DNA of 64,000 nucleotides from Flaccisagitta enflata (Eukaryota), in NCBI GenBank assembly GCA_965153355.1, contig OZ231126.1, positions 35,030,001 through 35,094,000 of the forward strand. The letters run 5' to 3'. The notes under the pieces were generated by a model that saw only the letters and a program-made list of their open reading frames with translations, did no database searches and had not been told where the DNA came from. This document shows, piece after piece, positions 51,177 through 64,000 of the stretch. The translations under genes were made by a program, and so were the position numbers. The stretch's first letter is position 1; every line of letters starts with the position of its first letter.

Positions 51177-53080
51177 GTCCGCGACTGGATTGCCGTGTAT
51201 TCGGCCTTGTTTTAAAAGCAAAATCCTTCACTAGCAGAGAATCTTTTTTATTTATAAACATTCTTTTTAAAAATAAAAAAAGAAACTAAAACATTGAAGT
51301 TTGGAGAAAGTTTGTGCAATTTTTAATCTTTTTCCCTTCACTTACTTCCTCATTTTTCAATTTCTTCTGAAAAAATTTTGATCAATACTTTTTTAGAGGG
51401 CTAAAATGACAACTTCAAATTATGATTTTTAGTCGCGTACTACGCAACTCTACATCCCGCTTTCTTGGTCCGTTGGTCCATTTGTCTGTCGGTCCGTTCA
51501 TCCATCATACTTTATTTCTTTTGTGTTTTTGCGGTCTTTGGTCTCACTGCTCCTGCCCAAATGATGAAGTGACCTCAAAAATGGTCCCGCCCACCCACAC
51601 GTGACTGGGGTAGCCCTGTATCCTGCCTTGTTTAAGTGCCCAGGGCGTTAATAAGAAGAAATACAAAAGGAAGATATGCAGCCAGGCCAGTCGGAAGATT
51701 TTGGTAGTTAGTTCCTGCTGCTCGGAAGGAAAACAAAATCAGCGGGTCTGCTGATGTGTTTGCATAGAAAATGAAAAGACAAATATGAAAATCATAGCCA
51801 AAATCAATTTCAGTAGAACCTCACTAGATTGAGCGCACCCGCTTATAAGGCATGCTTGCCTAAAAGGCATAAGATCTGCTGTCCCATCAAAGATTTTGTA
51901 GTTATTTCTACGTTAGCAAAATGCAGCTTCATGATAAGGTATAATCTTGCTTAGTCCCTTGACATGCGCTTTATGGTGAAGCTCAACTGTACCACGTTTT
52001 TGGAAAAATTTTCACAGCAACAAAAAAGTTGCAAGCAAGAATTCATTAAAAACCCAACAAATTAAGCTAATATTGTGGGATTGGACTTATATCAAAGATA
52101 TTTCAAAGATTGGAAGAGAAAGAATGGAAACATGTCAAATCAACAAATCTGTCTCTTCTCCACCCCTTCCAATATGTTTCTCAACAAGGCCGGATACACG
52201 GCCAATAGCTGTTGCAGATGGGTGGGTAGGGGTGGATATGCGCGTTTTCCCACTTTTCAACTTGTGCTGACGGACCAACAGACGGAAGGACGGATGGACC
52301 AACGGACGGATGGATGGATGGACAAAGCCTCTTAAAGAGTTGCGTGTCCGCAACTAAAAAAGATGGGTTCCTGTTAAAGCATTTCCACTAAAACATGACA
52401 TCGTGCTTGAGTGGAATAGGAAACTAGTCAGCGGTACCTGATGCCCTGCTTAGATTAATTAGCTGCAGAAGTGGAGTGAGAGCAGGGCAGCAGCCCCAAA
52501 GGGCCGATGTTCTGTAGGACACAGGGGTGAATTTCCAGACATCCTGAGAAAGCACATTTGAGGCCTTTGGGGCTACCTTCCTTGTTATTCAGTGAGAACA
52601 TTGATTTTTTTTCTATTTCATTGTCAATTTTCTATGTTTTTCAATCAGAATTTTGCAGTTCTTTCAAAATCTTGTCAATTTTCCATGTTAATCAAAAGGG
52701 ATTTCCCATATTTTCAACTTCTAGTAAATTTTCTATGTTATTCAATGGGAATTTCATATTTTTTTAATTTCTTTATCAATTTTTCATGTTATTCAATGGG
52801 AATTTTGCATTTCTTCAATTTTTCATGTTATTCAATGGGAACATGAGGCTCAGAAGCTTTGGTGTGAGGGGGGGACGGATGGATGTACGGATGGACGTAC
52901 ATACAGACGGCATACGTCTGGAAATTCACCCCTGTATCCTACAGGACATCGGCCCTTTGGGGCCACTGCCCAAAAAGTAGTGCTCTTTGGAATTCGAGCT
53001 TTAATGGAATTGGGAATAACTGATTTTATCACAATAGAAAAGATTAGGTTCTCTGAAGAATTCCCCTTCTTTCCCCTTAC

Positions 53081-53125
53081 CTGTCACTATTTCTCTTTAT
53101 CTTAGTGGACTTAAAATAGATTATT
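53081..53125 (-). CDS. Probable 45-nt micro-exon of the ABCA gene (IIYFKSTKIKRNSD-R)
   Basis: CTCTTTTGCATTTAG|A ATA ATC ... GAC AG|GTAAGG; open frame, phase 2/2, compatible with the next exon. No recognisable protein motif. Confidence 0.5.
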
Positions 53126-53438
53126 CTAAATGCAAAAGAGAAAATTTTTTTCCATATTTACCAATATTCTAGTCATTCTAAGTGATTCAGAGTCATTCTA
53201 AGTCATTTTAAGTATTAACTTAGATTAAGTTATGTCAAGTCACTTGAGTCCATAAGGTCAATTTTGTCATTTAAGTTATCTAAGTCATTTAAAGTATTCA
53301 AGTCATTTTAGTCATTTAAGTCATTTAAGTCATTAAGTTATCTTAAGCCATTTTAAGTCATATTAAGTCATTTTAAGTCATTTCAGGTCATCTTGAGTCA
53401 TTTTAGGTCAATTTAAGTCATCTTAAGTTATTCATGTC

Positions 53439-54012
53439 CCACAGACCACCAAATCCCACCCTGATGGGAAATAAGTCCCTAACGACACTTAATCCCACTC
53501 AAGCCAACTGCACAGACCACCAAATCCCACCCCGATGGGAAAAAACTCCCTAATGACACTTTATCCAGCTCACGCCACCTACACAAACCATTATATCCCT
53601 ACCTGATAGGAAATAAGTCTCAAATGACACTTTATCCCGCTCAAGCCACCAACACAGACCACCAAATCCCACCCTGATGGGAAATAAGTCCCTAATGACA
53701 CTTTATACCGCTCAAGCCATCTACACAGATCACCATATCCCATCTTGATGGGAAATAAGTCCCTAACAACATTTTATCCCGCTCAAGCCACCTACACAGA
53801 CCATGTACCACCAAATCTCACCCTGATGATAAATAAGTCCCTAGCGACTCTTTATCCCGCTCAAGCCACCTACGCAGACCACCAAATCCCACCCTGATGG
53901 GAAATAAGTCCCTAACGACTCTTTATCCCGCTCAAGCCACCTACGCAGACCACCAAATCCCACCCTGATGGGAAATAAGTCCCTAACGACTCTTTATCCC
54001 GCTCAAGCCACA
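53439..54012 (+). repeat. 71-bp minisatellite, ~8 copies
   Basis: CAGACCACCAAATCCCACCCTGATGGGAAATAAGTCCCTAACGAC... with period 71 (e.g. 53875 to 53946). Confidence 0.92.
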
Positions 54013-55564
54013 CGTGACTTATAGTCCCTAAGTCTCCTTAAGTTATCTAAGTCATTTAAAGTATTTAAGTCATTTTAGTCATTTAAGTTATTTTAGGTTA
54101 TCTTAAGCAATTTTAAGTCATATTAAGTCATTTTAAGTCATTTCAGGTCATCTTGAGTCATTTTAGGTCAATTTAAGTCATCTTAAGTTATTCATGTCAA
54201 TTTAAGTCATCTTAAGTTATTCATGTCCTTGGTTTTCTAATCAATATTGCTAGTGTCAGTACTTCCATCAGTACATTAGTAATCTTTGATTGTAAATTTT
54301 GTAAGGTATTTTGTGTATACTAACTGGTATAGGCCTGTCCAACCCTATACTAATGAGGTATGCAGTCAAGCTGATAGTATTGTCAGTTAAGCTTTTTTGT
54401 TTGTCAGTAATAAAGGATAGTTGTGAGCAATCCAGAGTAAACACCATTGAAAGCTTGCAAGGCTTTCATTCTTTGTGTATTGGAGAATTCTGGCCTCCTT
54501 TTTTAAGGGCAATGTTGTTTCAACTTTTATAGATGTTAACCTTTTTTTTATAAATGGAATTAATGATACTCCATTACTTTTACACATTTTTTCGATGGAG
54601 ATATACTTTCTTTTAAACTTTCTTTTTTCTTGTTAATTTTCAAATATATTTTTGTTTTACTTTATTATCTCTGCCTACGCTCATTACTAAACATGTAGAT
54701 TATTCTTTCCTGCCGAGTAGCAAAAATTCTTCCTTATAGTCTGCCAACAAGTCATACTTCCCTAACTTACTAAAATACACCAAGAAAAAAACCAAAACAC
54801 CAAGAAAAAAAAACAAATATTTTATTACTTGATTTGTCAGGTATGAGACGACGCATTCATATCATATTTAATTGCCAAGCCAATTGCTAATGGTATTGCT
54901 GACCGCAAAAAGGCACTTTGAGACACTTTGAGAGAAACACCTATAAGATGACTTAAATTGATTTTAAATGACGCAAAACGACCTGAAATGACTTAAAATG
55001 GCTTAAAAGGACTCAAAATGACTTAAACGACTAAATTGACCTGATTGACTTAAGTGACTTAATATAACTCAATATGACTTAAAACGACTAATAATGACTT
55101 AGAATGTCTCAGAATGATTTATAATGACTTACAATGACTTACAATGGCATTTGGGAATGAGCTGTACACTCAAAAAGCTTGAAAACGCTGAAAAAGTAAA
55201 AAGGGGACCGACCAACCAACCGACCAACTGACAGACCGACAAAGCGGGGTGTAGGGTCGCGTAGCACGCAACTTAAAACTGACTCAATATAAGTTTTCTC
55301 ATTAGATCCCCATGACGTTGTCCCAGGGTCTTGAGACCACAATTTTTGAATTCCTCGTGAAAAATTGTGCGGAATACTGCAAAACTGTGCCTTTTTGGCA
55401 AAACCGAAATTTAAAATCGCACTCGTTTTCATCAGTACTACCCTTGATTATTTTGCCGCCATTTTTTTCCGTCAGTGGTAACTAGATGGAATCTGTTTCT
55501 CTCTTTGAAACTTCCGCGTAGTCTTTGATGTTGCATTACAGGGTAGATTCCGACAAAGAATAAT

Positions 55565-55588
55565 AGAAGAAGAATAATAGAAGAAGAA

Positions 55589-55619
<31 letters not shown>

Positions 55620-55790
55620 AAGAAGAAGAAGAAGAAGAAGAAGAAGAAGAAGAAGAAGAAGAAGAAGAAGAAGAAGAAGAAGAAGATAACAATGAAAGAG
55701 AAGAAGAAGAAGAAGAAGATAACAATGAAAGAGAAGAAGAAGAAGAAGAAGAAGATAACGATGAAAGAGAAGAAGAAGAAGAAGAAGATA
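55565..55790 (+). repeat. (GAA)n microsatellite
   Basis: Direct; resumes at 56489 after the inserted element. Confidence 0.97.
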
Positions 55791-55796
55791 ACGATG

Positions 55797-56488
55797 AACA
55801 GGTCGCCCAAGGGCAATATGTGGTCAGCGATACCCGTTGCCCTGCTTTAAGTGATTGTGAATTGGAGTGAGGGGAAGCAGGGCAGCGGCCCCAAAGGGGA
55901 CGAAGTCCTGTAGAACACAGGGGGACTTTCGTTCGTCCTGCCTGAAGAAGTGGATGAGTTGCTATAGAGGGCTTACTAAAGGCCTTCAAGTGCCTAAACT
56001 GAGGTCTAAGACGTCTGATGTAACGCCTCAGAATGCCATCGGAAGCTTGAGAGGGCTGACTTGATGCTTGAGAGAGCTGGATTAAGGCTTGAAAGGTCAG
56101 ATGACTGATTTGAAGCCTGAGAGCAATAAATTGAGGCTTAGATAGTTGATTTAAGGCCTGTGAGGCTTGATTTGAGGCCTGAGAGGCCTAATTTGAGGCC
56201 TGGGAAGCCTGAGAGGCCTGAGAGGCCAGGTTTGAGGCCTGAAAATTTGGAGTTGAGGCCTGAGAAGCCTAATTTGAGGCCTGAGAGGTTGGATCTGAGG
56301 CCTGAGAGGCCGGATTTGAGGCCTGAGGCTGGATTTGAGGCCTGAGAGGCCAGATTTGAGGCCTGAGAGGCCAGATTTGAGGCCTGAGGGGGGGACTAAC
56401 GAACGGACGAACGAACGAACGAACGGACGAACGAAAGTCCCCCTGTGTTCTACAGGACTTTGTCCCCTTCGGGGCCGCTGCCCAAAAA
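55797..56488 (-). mobile_element. HINE-like family B variant inserted in a (GAA)n tract
   Basis: Reverse complement of the 34005-34661 type, with a GAA microsatellite on both sides. Confidence 0.72.
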
Positions 56489-57227
56489 GAAGAAGAAGAA
56501 GAAGAAGATAACGATGATAGAGAAGAAGAAGAAGAAAAAGATTGTGATGAAAGAGAAGAAGAAGATGACAATGAAGAAGAAGTAGAAGGTGACTGAAAAA
56601 AAAGAAGAAGATGCTGATAAAAAAGTAGATGATAAAATCATGGTCTTGAAAGTCTGTGGAAACGAATTCAACTTCTTATGCTTCAACTACTCGTTACTCC
56701 ATGCACGCCTGACAGACAAATAGAGGAAAAGATAGACAAAAGATAGACAAGCAGATAGACAAAAAAGAATCAACGGAATCCATTTTAAGAATGACAGTAA
56801 GAGCGGCTGACTAAACTTAAACATGGAATTTACTTTGTGCATCTACTGACTTTTTGACTGATAGCATCCTACTTAACGGGTTTGCGACGCTATGCGACAG
56901 CAAGGAGTGGGCTGGGCTTTTGGAATTATGTGAAGATATATCATGGGTACATGTATGCCCATTTTAAGCAATTTTCTAATAGTCGAAGGTGGCCTTATAG
57001 TTCTTTTAATATTTCATTTAATTTTTATAATGTTTTTTTCCACATCAAATAAAACCCAAATTTTGCTCAATGAATCATCGGATATTTCTAATATCATTTC
57101 TGATGACAGATTTTTAAAAATTTCAAAACTAATGACATGGCTCTTGTGTGAGTATTGTGATTTTTTCCAGGTAAAAAGTCTGTTTTGATTAAAATGCTCC
57201 TTATACTTTGGTTTACTGTTGTACTGA

Positions 57228-57437
57228 TTTTTAGTCGCGTGCACGCGACTCTACAACCCGCTTTGGCGTCGGTCGGTCGGTCGGTCGGTCGGTCGGTCGG
57301 TCGGTCCGTCACACTTTACTTTTTTTTGTGATTTTATTTCTTTGACCTCACTGCTCTTGCCCAAATGGTCTGGTGACCTCAAAAATGGCCCCTGCCCACC
57401 CGCACGCGACTTCGGTAGCCGTGTATCCGGCCTTGTT
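57228..57437 (+). mobile_element. Short HINE family A (representative of >10 copies, e.g. ~3943-4149, 5822-5983, 51425-51633, 52183-52361, 57527-57686)
   Basis: 5' TTTTTAGTCGCGTGCACGCGACT, (GTCG)n, second sub-TIR GCACGCGACT, and 3' GGTAGCCGTGTATCCGGCCTTGTT hairpin. Confidence 0.75.
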
Positions 57438-58083
57438 TTATGACTAAAACATATCGTCCTATTTCAAATAAAGCTTTTTCTTGAGAGTCTGACTATGTTT
57501 TCAAATTTTTTTTTTAATATTGTTCACTTTTTAGTTGCGGACACGCAACTCTATAAGAGGCTTTGTCCGTCCGTCCGTCGGTCGGTCGGTCGGTCCGTCG
57601 GTCCGTCGGTGAGCATGAGTGTGAAAACGCGCATTTCTGCTCCTGCCCACCCGTCCGCAACTGGTGGCCGTGTATCCGGCCTTGTTAAAATTCATACTGA
57701 AAGATTAGTGTGTCTCAACGACGGCTAACGTTGGATGGCGCCCAGAAAGTTTCTTCAGAGAATACTTACTCAATAAACCATAGAGAACAGTATAGTAACT
57801 TTGCCACTTATTTTTTCCGGCGAAATGATTCACCAATAGTGAAGAGTGGAATGGTTGTAGTTAAGTTGTAATTATCACTGATAGTTTAATAATCTGCTTT
57901 TGACCAAACTGATTAAGACACAATGAAAATTATTGTGACACTTCAGTTTCACCAAGAGCAAAAAAATCACCATGTTTTCTACCAAAAACAAATAATTCAC
58001 CTGATAATATATGTCACTTTGGGTAGTTAACAGAGAAGATTGATGCAAAATATCATCCGAAAAAAAATAGTGATTTTTCTTTT

Positions 58084-59316
58084 AACAAGGCCAACACCTA
58101 TAAGTCGCGTGCAGGACAAAAATGACTGAACTGACCTAACTCCTTATTTTATCTTTTTATCGAAAATCAGACTTAAACCAGACCCAAACCAGAACCAAAC
58201 CAGACTCAAACCAGACTCAAACCAGACTCAAACCAGGCTCAAACCAGGCTCAAACCAGACTCAAACCAGAATAAAACCAGACCTAAACCAGACCAAAACC
58301 AGACCAAAACCAGACCTAAACCAGACCTAAATCAGACATAAACCAGATCTAAACCAGACCTAGACTGGACATAAATCAGACATGAACCAGACTTAAACCG
58401 GACTTAAACCAGACTTAAACCAGACTCAAACCAGACTCAAACCAGACTCAAACCAGACTTAAACCAGACTTAAACCAGACTTAAACCAGACATAAACCAG
58501 GCTTAAACCAGACTTAAACCAGACTTAAACCAGACTTAAACTAGACTTAAACCAGCAGACTTAAACCAGCAGACTTAAACCAGCAGACTTAAACCAGCAG
58601 ACTTAAACCAGCAGACTTAAACCAGCTGACTTAAACCAGCCAACTTAAACCAGCCAACTTAAACCAGCCAACTTAAACCAGCCAACTTAAACCAGCGGAC
58701 TTAAACCAGCAGACTTAAACCAGCAGACTTGAAATGACATATATGACAAAAACATACCAAAAACATAAATGACCATAACATACCAAAAAACATAAATGAC
58801 TAAAAAAGAATGACCAAAAATGACCAATAATGACCAATAATGACCAAAAATGACCAAAAATGATCAAAAATGATCAAAAATGACCAAAAATGACCAAAAT
58901 GACCAAAATGACCAAAATGACCAAAATGACCAAAATGACCAAAAATGACCAAAAATGACCAAAAATGACCAAAAATGACCAAAAATGACCAAAATGACCA
59001 AAAATGACCAAAATGACCAAAAATGACCAAAAATGACCAAAAATGACCAAAAATGACCAAAAATGACCAAAAATGACCAAAATGACCAAAATGACCAAAA
59101 TGACCAAAAATGACCAAAAATGATAAAAAATGACCAAAAACAACCAATAATTCTCAAAAATACCAAGAAAATGATTCAAAATAACTCCAGACGACCCAAA
59201 ATGACAAAAAACGACACAAAAAAGCAAAGTGTTACGGACGGACGAACGGGCGGACGGACGGACCGACGGACGGACCGACGGAGCGGGTTGTAGAGTCGCG
59301 TGCACGCGACTAAAAA
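58084..59316 (-). mobile_element. HINE family A with 9/10-, 11- and 14-bp internal satellites
   Basis: Minus strand starts TTTTTAGTCGCGTGCACGCGACT (palindrome), then (GTCC/GTCG)n, and ends CACGCGACTTATAGGTGTTGGCCTTGTT. This is the DINE-1/pearl-like layout. Confidence 0.75.
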
Positions 59317-60411
59317 TGATTAATTTTATAAATTTCACAAATAAATATTTAAAAATTCATAAACAGATATCAAAAATTGTCTTATAATAAAGAAAGTTGA
59401 CATGCAGGTGGTTTAGTTCTTTATTTAACTACCATAAAAATTTCATGACTTTTCCTCACCAGGAAGTGCCCCATTTAAAACTCTAAACAAAAAACATCCT
59501 TTTTTTCATATTTATATTGAATCTGACATAGGTGCACCCTAGATAACAAATTTGCATAGAAATTGAAAAATTGGAAAAACCAAAAACATCAGATGCTAGT
59601 AAATTACATGATCTCAGGTCTGATGTTTTTAAAAATGCAAAATATTCATCTATGCTCAAGATTTGTTATTTAGGGGATGAAAAATGTTTTTTTCAAAAAC
59701 TTCAAATTTTGCAATTTGGAATAAAAAAACTCACAAAATTGATACTTTAAATCCACTGATTGTTACAAAATTTGAAATGCTTAAGGTTAAATGCTTCCTT
59801 TGACTACCATTCAAATTTCATGACTTTACTCCAATGGGATTTACCCCAAATGAATTTTTCAAAATAAAATATCTTATTTTTTGAAATTCAATTGTCAACT
59901 GACATTCTTTAAAAGGTACCTGACAAAGACATCCAAAATGCTAAAAATCATATGGCAAAAAAGTTTTATACTAGTGTCAGATAGATATGAACAGCCTCTC
60001 AAAAAAAATTTGACCATATTATACAAACTGTGTCGGAAATAATGCAGTACAGATACCTCTTTAAAATAATTCTTACTCTTTTCTAAGATTTTGCTCGAAA
60101 ATTTTGCCAATTTAAGATCATTTTACTGTACAAAGCACGCAATTTGAACACTGATTCTGTAAAATAGTATGAATGGGCTCACATAGCACACGTCAAAACA
60201 GATTTTTAGTCAAAAATGGATAATTCTATGGAAAAAATGGTGCAAAAAAGTGATGGAACAAAAGTGTCAAGATATGGTTCATGATGTCTTAATAATCTGA
60301 TTTTGACTAATCTGATTTTGACAAATATGATGGAATCAAATCAAATCTGAGATTCACGCCGGGGAAACGAGACGCTCTTTACAATCTGTCGGCAGATGAG
60401 AATGCATATGA

Positions 60412-60493
<82 letters not shown>

Positions 60494-61839
60494 TTTTCTT
60501 TTTGTTCACTTTTTTTTTCTCCGTCTGCCAATAGCTGCCGACACGCCCTTTTTGTGCCGAGTAGTGGCGCTACCCGCTACTCCGTAATCTACACTGCTGT
60601 TACTAAAGGGTGCGTGGACATTTGTTTTTAATACTGAAGCCTTGTCTGTTGCGCACCACCGTACATCAGGGTAAACAGCGCTTTTTTTTTTCAAGACAAA
60701 AGTCTCCAGCTGATTTGTATGTTGAAGTGAATAGGTCAAAGAGCAATCAGGCAAGAAACTGGCTAGAATTGAGTTGTTTGAGAGATAAACAGAGGGGGGC
60801 TAACTGAATGGAGGGAGGGATGAAAAATATGATAAAATAGTGGCGAACCAAGGTTTTTGGGCTTTTGCTCTTAATCTGCGGGGTAGATTTGTTTCTTTCT
60901 TGGATTACACTTAGCTACTATTATAACAATGAGTTAGGAAAAGTTGTGTCAAATATTACCTATTTTCACATAGTTGAATTGAGCTATGTTATAGTAGTGT
61001 TTTGGGTCAAAATTAGTCGAAATTGTCATTTTTGGTATTTTTCAAGCTACTATGTGGAAAAAATATTGACATTTGGGTCTCAATGCTGGTTTTAACTTGC
61101 AAAGTACTTCTCCCTCAACATTACTTCCAAATATGAAGGTCCCATGAAGATTTTTAGTCAAGAAAACAGGCTTCTGAAAATCAGTGAAAATAGAAATGAT
61201 ATCAGCCACTATTGCCGTCCTTACACCCTAAATGATAGAGTATTTTGAATTCAGAGCATGGTTTTAAACTTTAAGTGATTACGCAAAAAAAGAAATGAAT
61301 TGAGGGGGGCCCCGCGCCCCTAGCTAAGCTTAGGGCCCCGAGCCTCATTGATCTGTCTCAGAATAAACTTTTAATGTGAGGGGCGTCAGAGGCTTTAATA
61401 GCAGAGCAATGATGATGTGGGACAAAGGAATAAAAACACAACAATGGATCTCGTCATGCAAAAACCAGCAACATGACAATTAGACATTGCAGGACGCAGT
61501 AGAATATGACTTAGATTTTTCCACTTGGGCATAAGTCATTGTGTTTCAGGTGTCTCACCAAGACTCAATTTCAAATAAAAGCACCCTCAGACAAGGAAAA
61601 CATCTTCCATGTTTTTTCTTGCTCTTCCTCCTCCTTATACATTTCAATGCAAACATGGGGTGTGGCACGGAAGTAGATGTTATGATCTGATGCTGTTTTT
61701 CTTTGAATATGTTCTTGCGCACTGTTTAATCATATGCCTGAGTTGCAAAGCCCAAATCATGTTCTGTCCTCTCATCTCATCTCAAATTTGCAGGTCAGGT
61801 ATGGCAAGGATCAGTGTTTTAGAAATATCATCCCTGATA

Positions 61840-62400
61840 CAGGGTGATTTTTTTCAAGTGGGGGAGAGTATTAAGGCATCAAATTTTAGTTATGCCATTT
61901 CAGGATGAACCAAAATTAGTTTATAGTTGCAAACTACTTGACATTTATTTTTCAAGAAAGAAAAAATATTTTTGGCAAATTTTGTTAATATTTTTATCAA
62001 ACCCAAAATTTCAGGAAAATCAATGTTTTTTTATGAAATTGCTTATATGGATGAAGCTGAAATTACAAAATTTTAGTAAAAAACTGTTTTGAATAAAAAC
62101 CAGAATTAAAATATCCAAATTAGTGATAAAAGTAAACTGACATTCAACTTTTTGACCAAAATAAGTTTTTTTTTTGCATAATTCAAAAATTCACTATTGT
62201 GAAAAAATGATATGAACTTAATGGATTGAAAATGGTCAACTATGCTAAATTGAATTCAAAACTGGTCAAAAATATTTTTTCCTTCTTGAATATCAAATGT
62301 CAAATAGTTTGCAAGTATAAACTAACTTTGGTTTATCTTCAAATTGCATAATAAAATTTGATGTCTTAATACTTTCCCCCACTTGAAAAAAATCACCCTG
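61840..62400. mobile_element. Tc1/mariner-like MITE
   Basis: TA|CAGGGTGATTTTTTTCAAGTGGGGG ... CCCCCACTTGAAAAAAATCACCCTG|TA, with long imperfect arms. Confidence 0.88.
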
Positions 62401-62456
62401 TACATATGTGGTACATGACGGTGGGTTTGTTGACTTAGTTTTGAAAGATAGCTTAC

Positions 62457-62514
62457 CTTGCAATTGATCCATGTGAGGCAACATCTTTGAAAAGACTGAT
62501 GTGAGCTTCTTCCT
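62457..62514 (-). CDS. Probable 58-nt exon of the ABCA gene (EEAHISLFKDVASHGSIA-R)
   Basis: CTTCTTTCAG|AG GAA GAA ... GCA AG|GTAAGC; strong splice sites and a phase-2 exit compatible with the downstream exons. A second reading frame is also open, so the frame is uncertain. Confidence 0.5.
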
Positions 62515-63372
62515 CTGAAAGAAGTATTAAGATGCAGAAATGAATTATAACATGACTATTGAACGATTGAGTTCCATCTTAGGGAACAAAAAATGAACAA
62601 CTAGATTTTCTTAGGTCTGAGGGAAAGCGACAAGGACATTTTTGAGAAATCAGTATGTTTTTGCAACAATAAAATCATCACTAATAGGCGACATAAATGA
62701 CATCATGCTTATAAAAGAAAAGACAATGACGCAACAACAATGGAAAAAGCCATCCCACGATATAAAAACAAAAGGCAAATTACTCATTGCAGAATACATC
62801 TGATCCTTGAAACAATGCTTTACAGTTTATGAATTATGTCATCACAATTTTTCACAGAAACAGAAATAGAAATTTTTAATTTCTGAGGAAACCAAAAGTG
62901 CTAGTTATCTTTTTGTGTTTTGTGCTTAAACACCTTTATGATGTCTTCGACACAAAATATATTTGTTTATGGTCAATTAGGCAACTCTTAATGCTTTGAT
63001 ACAAGTTTGTTTTGATTGAGAATGTGAGTTTTTCTGAAATGATCATTAGCTATTACAGATGAATAGTCGCAAAAGCGTTAGATGGTCAGCGGTGCCCTGC
63101 CTAAGTAGGTTGTGGTTGAGGTTGAAGGGGGAGCAGGGCAGTGGCCTCGAAGGGGTCGATGACCTATGCTTCAGGACATATGGGGAATTTTTCCCTCCTC
63201 CTCCTTCTCTTCCTTCTCCTCCGTCCCCCTCCCCTCTGACTCAGAGGGGGGTAGGAAGAAGATAACAAAATATTTTTTGAGGAAATTACACTTATGAAAG
63301 TTATAAAGAAGATATTTTATCTTTGCGACATAGTTCTTTACAAACTACTCCATGCTTGTTTCTTTCACAACA

Positions 63373-63945
63373 CACTATGGATCCTGAGAACCACCAGGAC
63401 GTTTTTTTGATTGCTGTGAATTTCTCCTTTGTTTGGTATAGTCCTAACATGTAGGAATTAAGATCCAACCATTAAAAGATATTTCATTTAATCCTTTTTT
63501 GAAAAAATTTCAAAATTAACTGTTTCATATCTTATTTTGCATGAAAGATTTACTGGGCATGTAGAAAATATTTGAATTCCTGATGTAATTTCCCTTCATT
63601 TGGTCGCATTATATATTTTGATGAAAAAATAAAATTTCATTTTCTTAGCCACCATTATTAATTTTGAACAGTAGCTAAAAAAACTTGAATTCTCCTCAAA
63701 GATATAAAGTTTGACCTACCAAATGAAAGGAAAATACATCTGAAATTCAAACATGCTATCAAAAAATCTTTTTTACCTGGCCAATAAATTCTGTGCGCAA
63801 AATAATATGTAAAATCTCCAAAAGGGCTAGATGAAATATTTTTCAATGGCTGGATCTTGATACGTGCATGTGAGGACTCAACCAAACTGAAAAGAAACTT
63901 ACAGTAATCCAAAAATCATCATGGCGGTCCTCAGGATCCACAGTG
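63373..63945. mobile_element. CAC-ended MITE (CMC-like)
   Basis: CACTATGGATCCTGAGAACCACCA vs inverted TGGCGGTCCTCAGGATCCACAGTG; flanks AACA/GACA. Confidence 0.65.
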
Positions 63946-64000
63946 GACAATTATAAGCAAACATCTTATTTTCAGCTTTCTCGTGCCAAATGATTTTCAT

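Noticed and set aside
57770-57900. Possible extra ABCA exon ending at a GTAAGT donor
   Set aside because: All frames from nearby AG acceptors contain stops.

Overview
AT-rich, repeat-dense eukaryotic (probably invertebrate animal) DNA. Almost the whole window lies inside one minus-strand ABCA-subfamily transporter gene. Three well-supported exons and two probable micro-exons splice in phase across introns of about 9-20 kb. The introns hold a 5'-truncated, frameshifted Penelope-like element (RT + GIY-YIG) with a candidate 3' hammerhead, and two large pol-less LTR elements with 5-bp TSDs (23125-31578 and 38998-51176; the second carries an intact BEL/Pao-type Gag ORF). They also hold many Helentron/HINE-type repeats with internal satellites, Tc1/mariner-, hAT- and Chapaev-like MITEs, and microsatellites. 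The most striking signal is an architecture shared by the two LTR elements, whose LTRs show no evident sequence similarity. Neither has a tRNA-type (TGG...) PBS. Instead, the bases right after the 5' LTR are complementary to a 12-14 nt segment inside the LTR (Tf1-like self-priming geometry), and the PPT sits in a long stem-loop with the start of U3. This suggests a self-priming, non-autonomous, probably BEL/Pao-related LTR retroelement system. All calls were made by eye; no database searches or folding programs were run.
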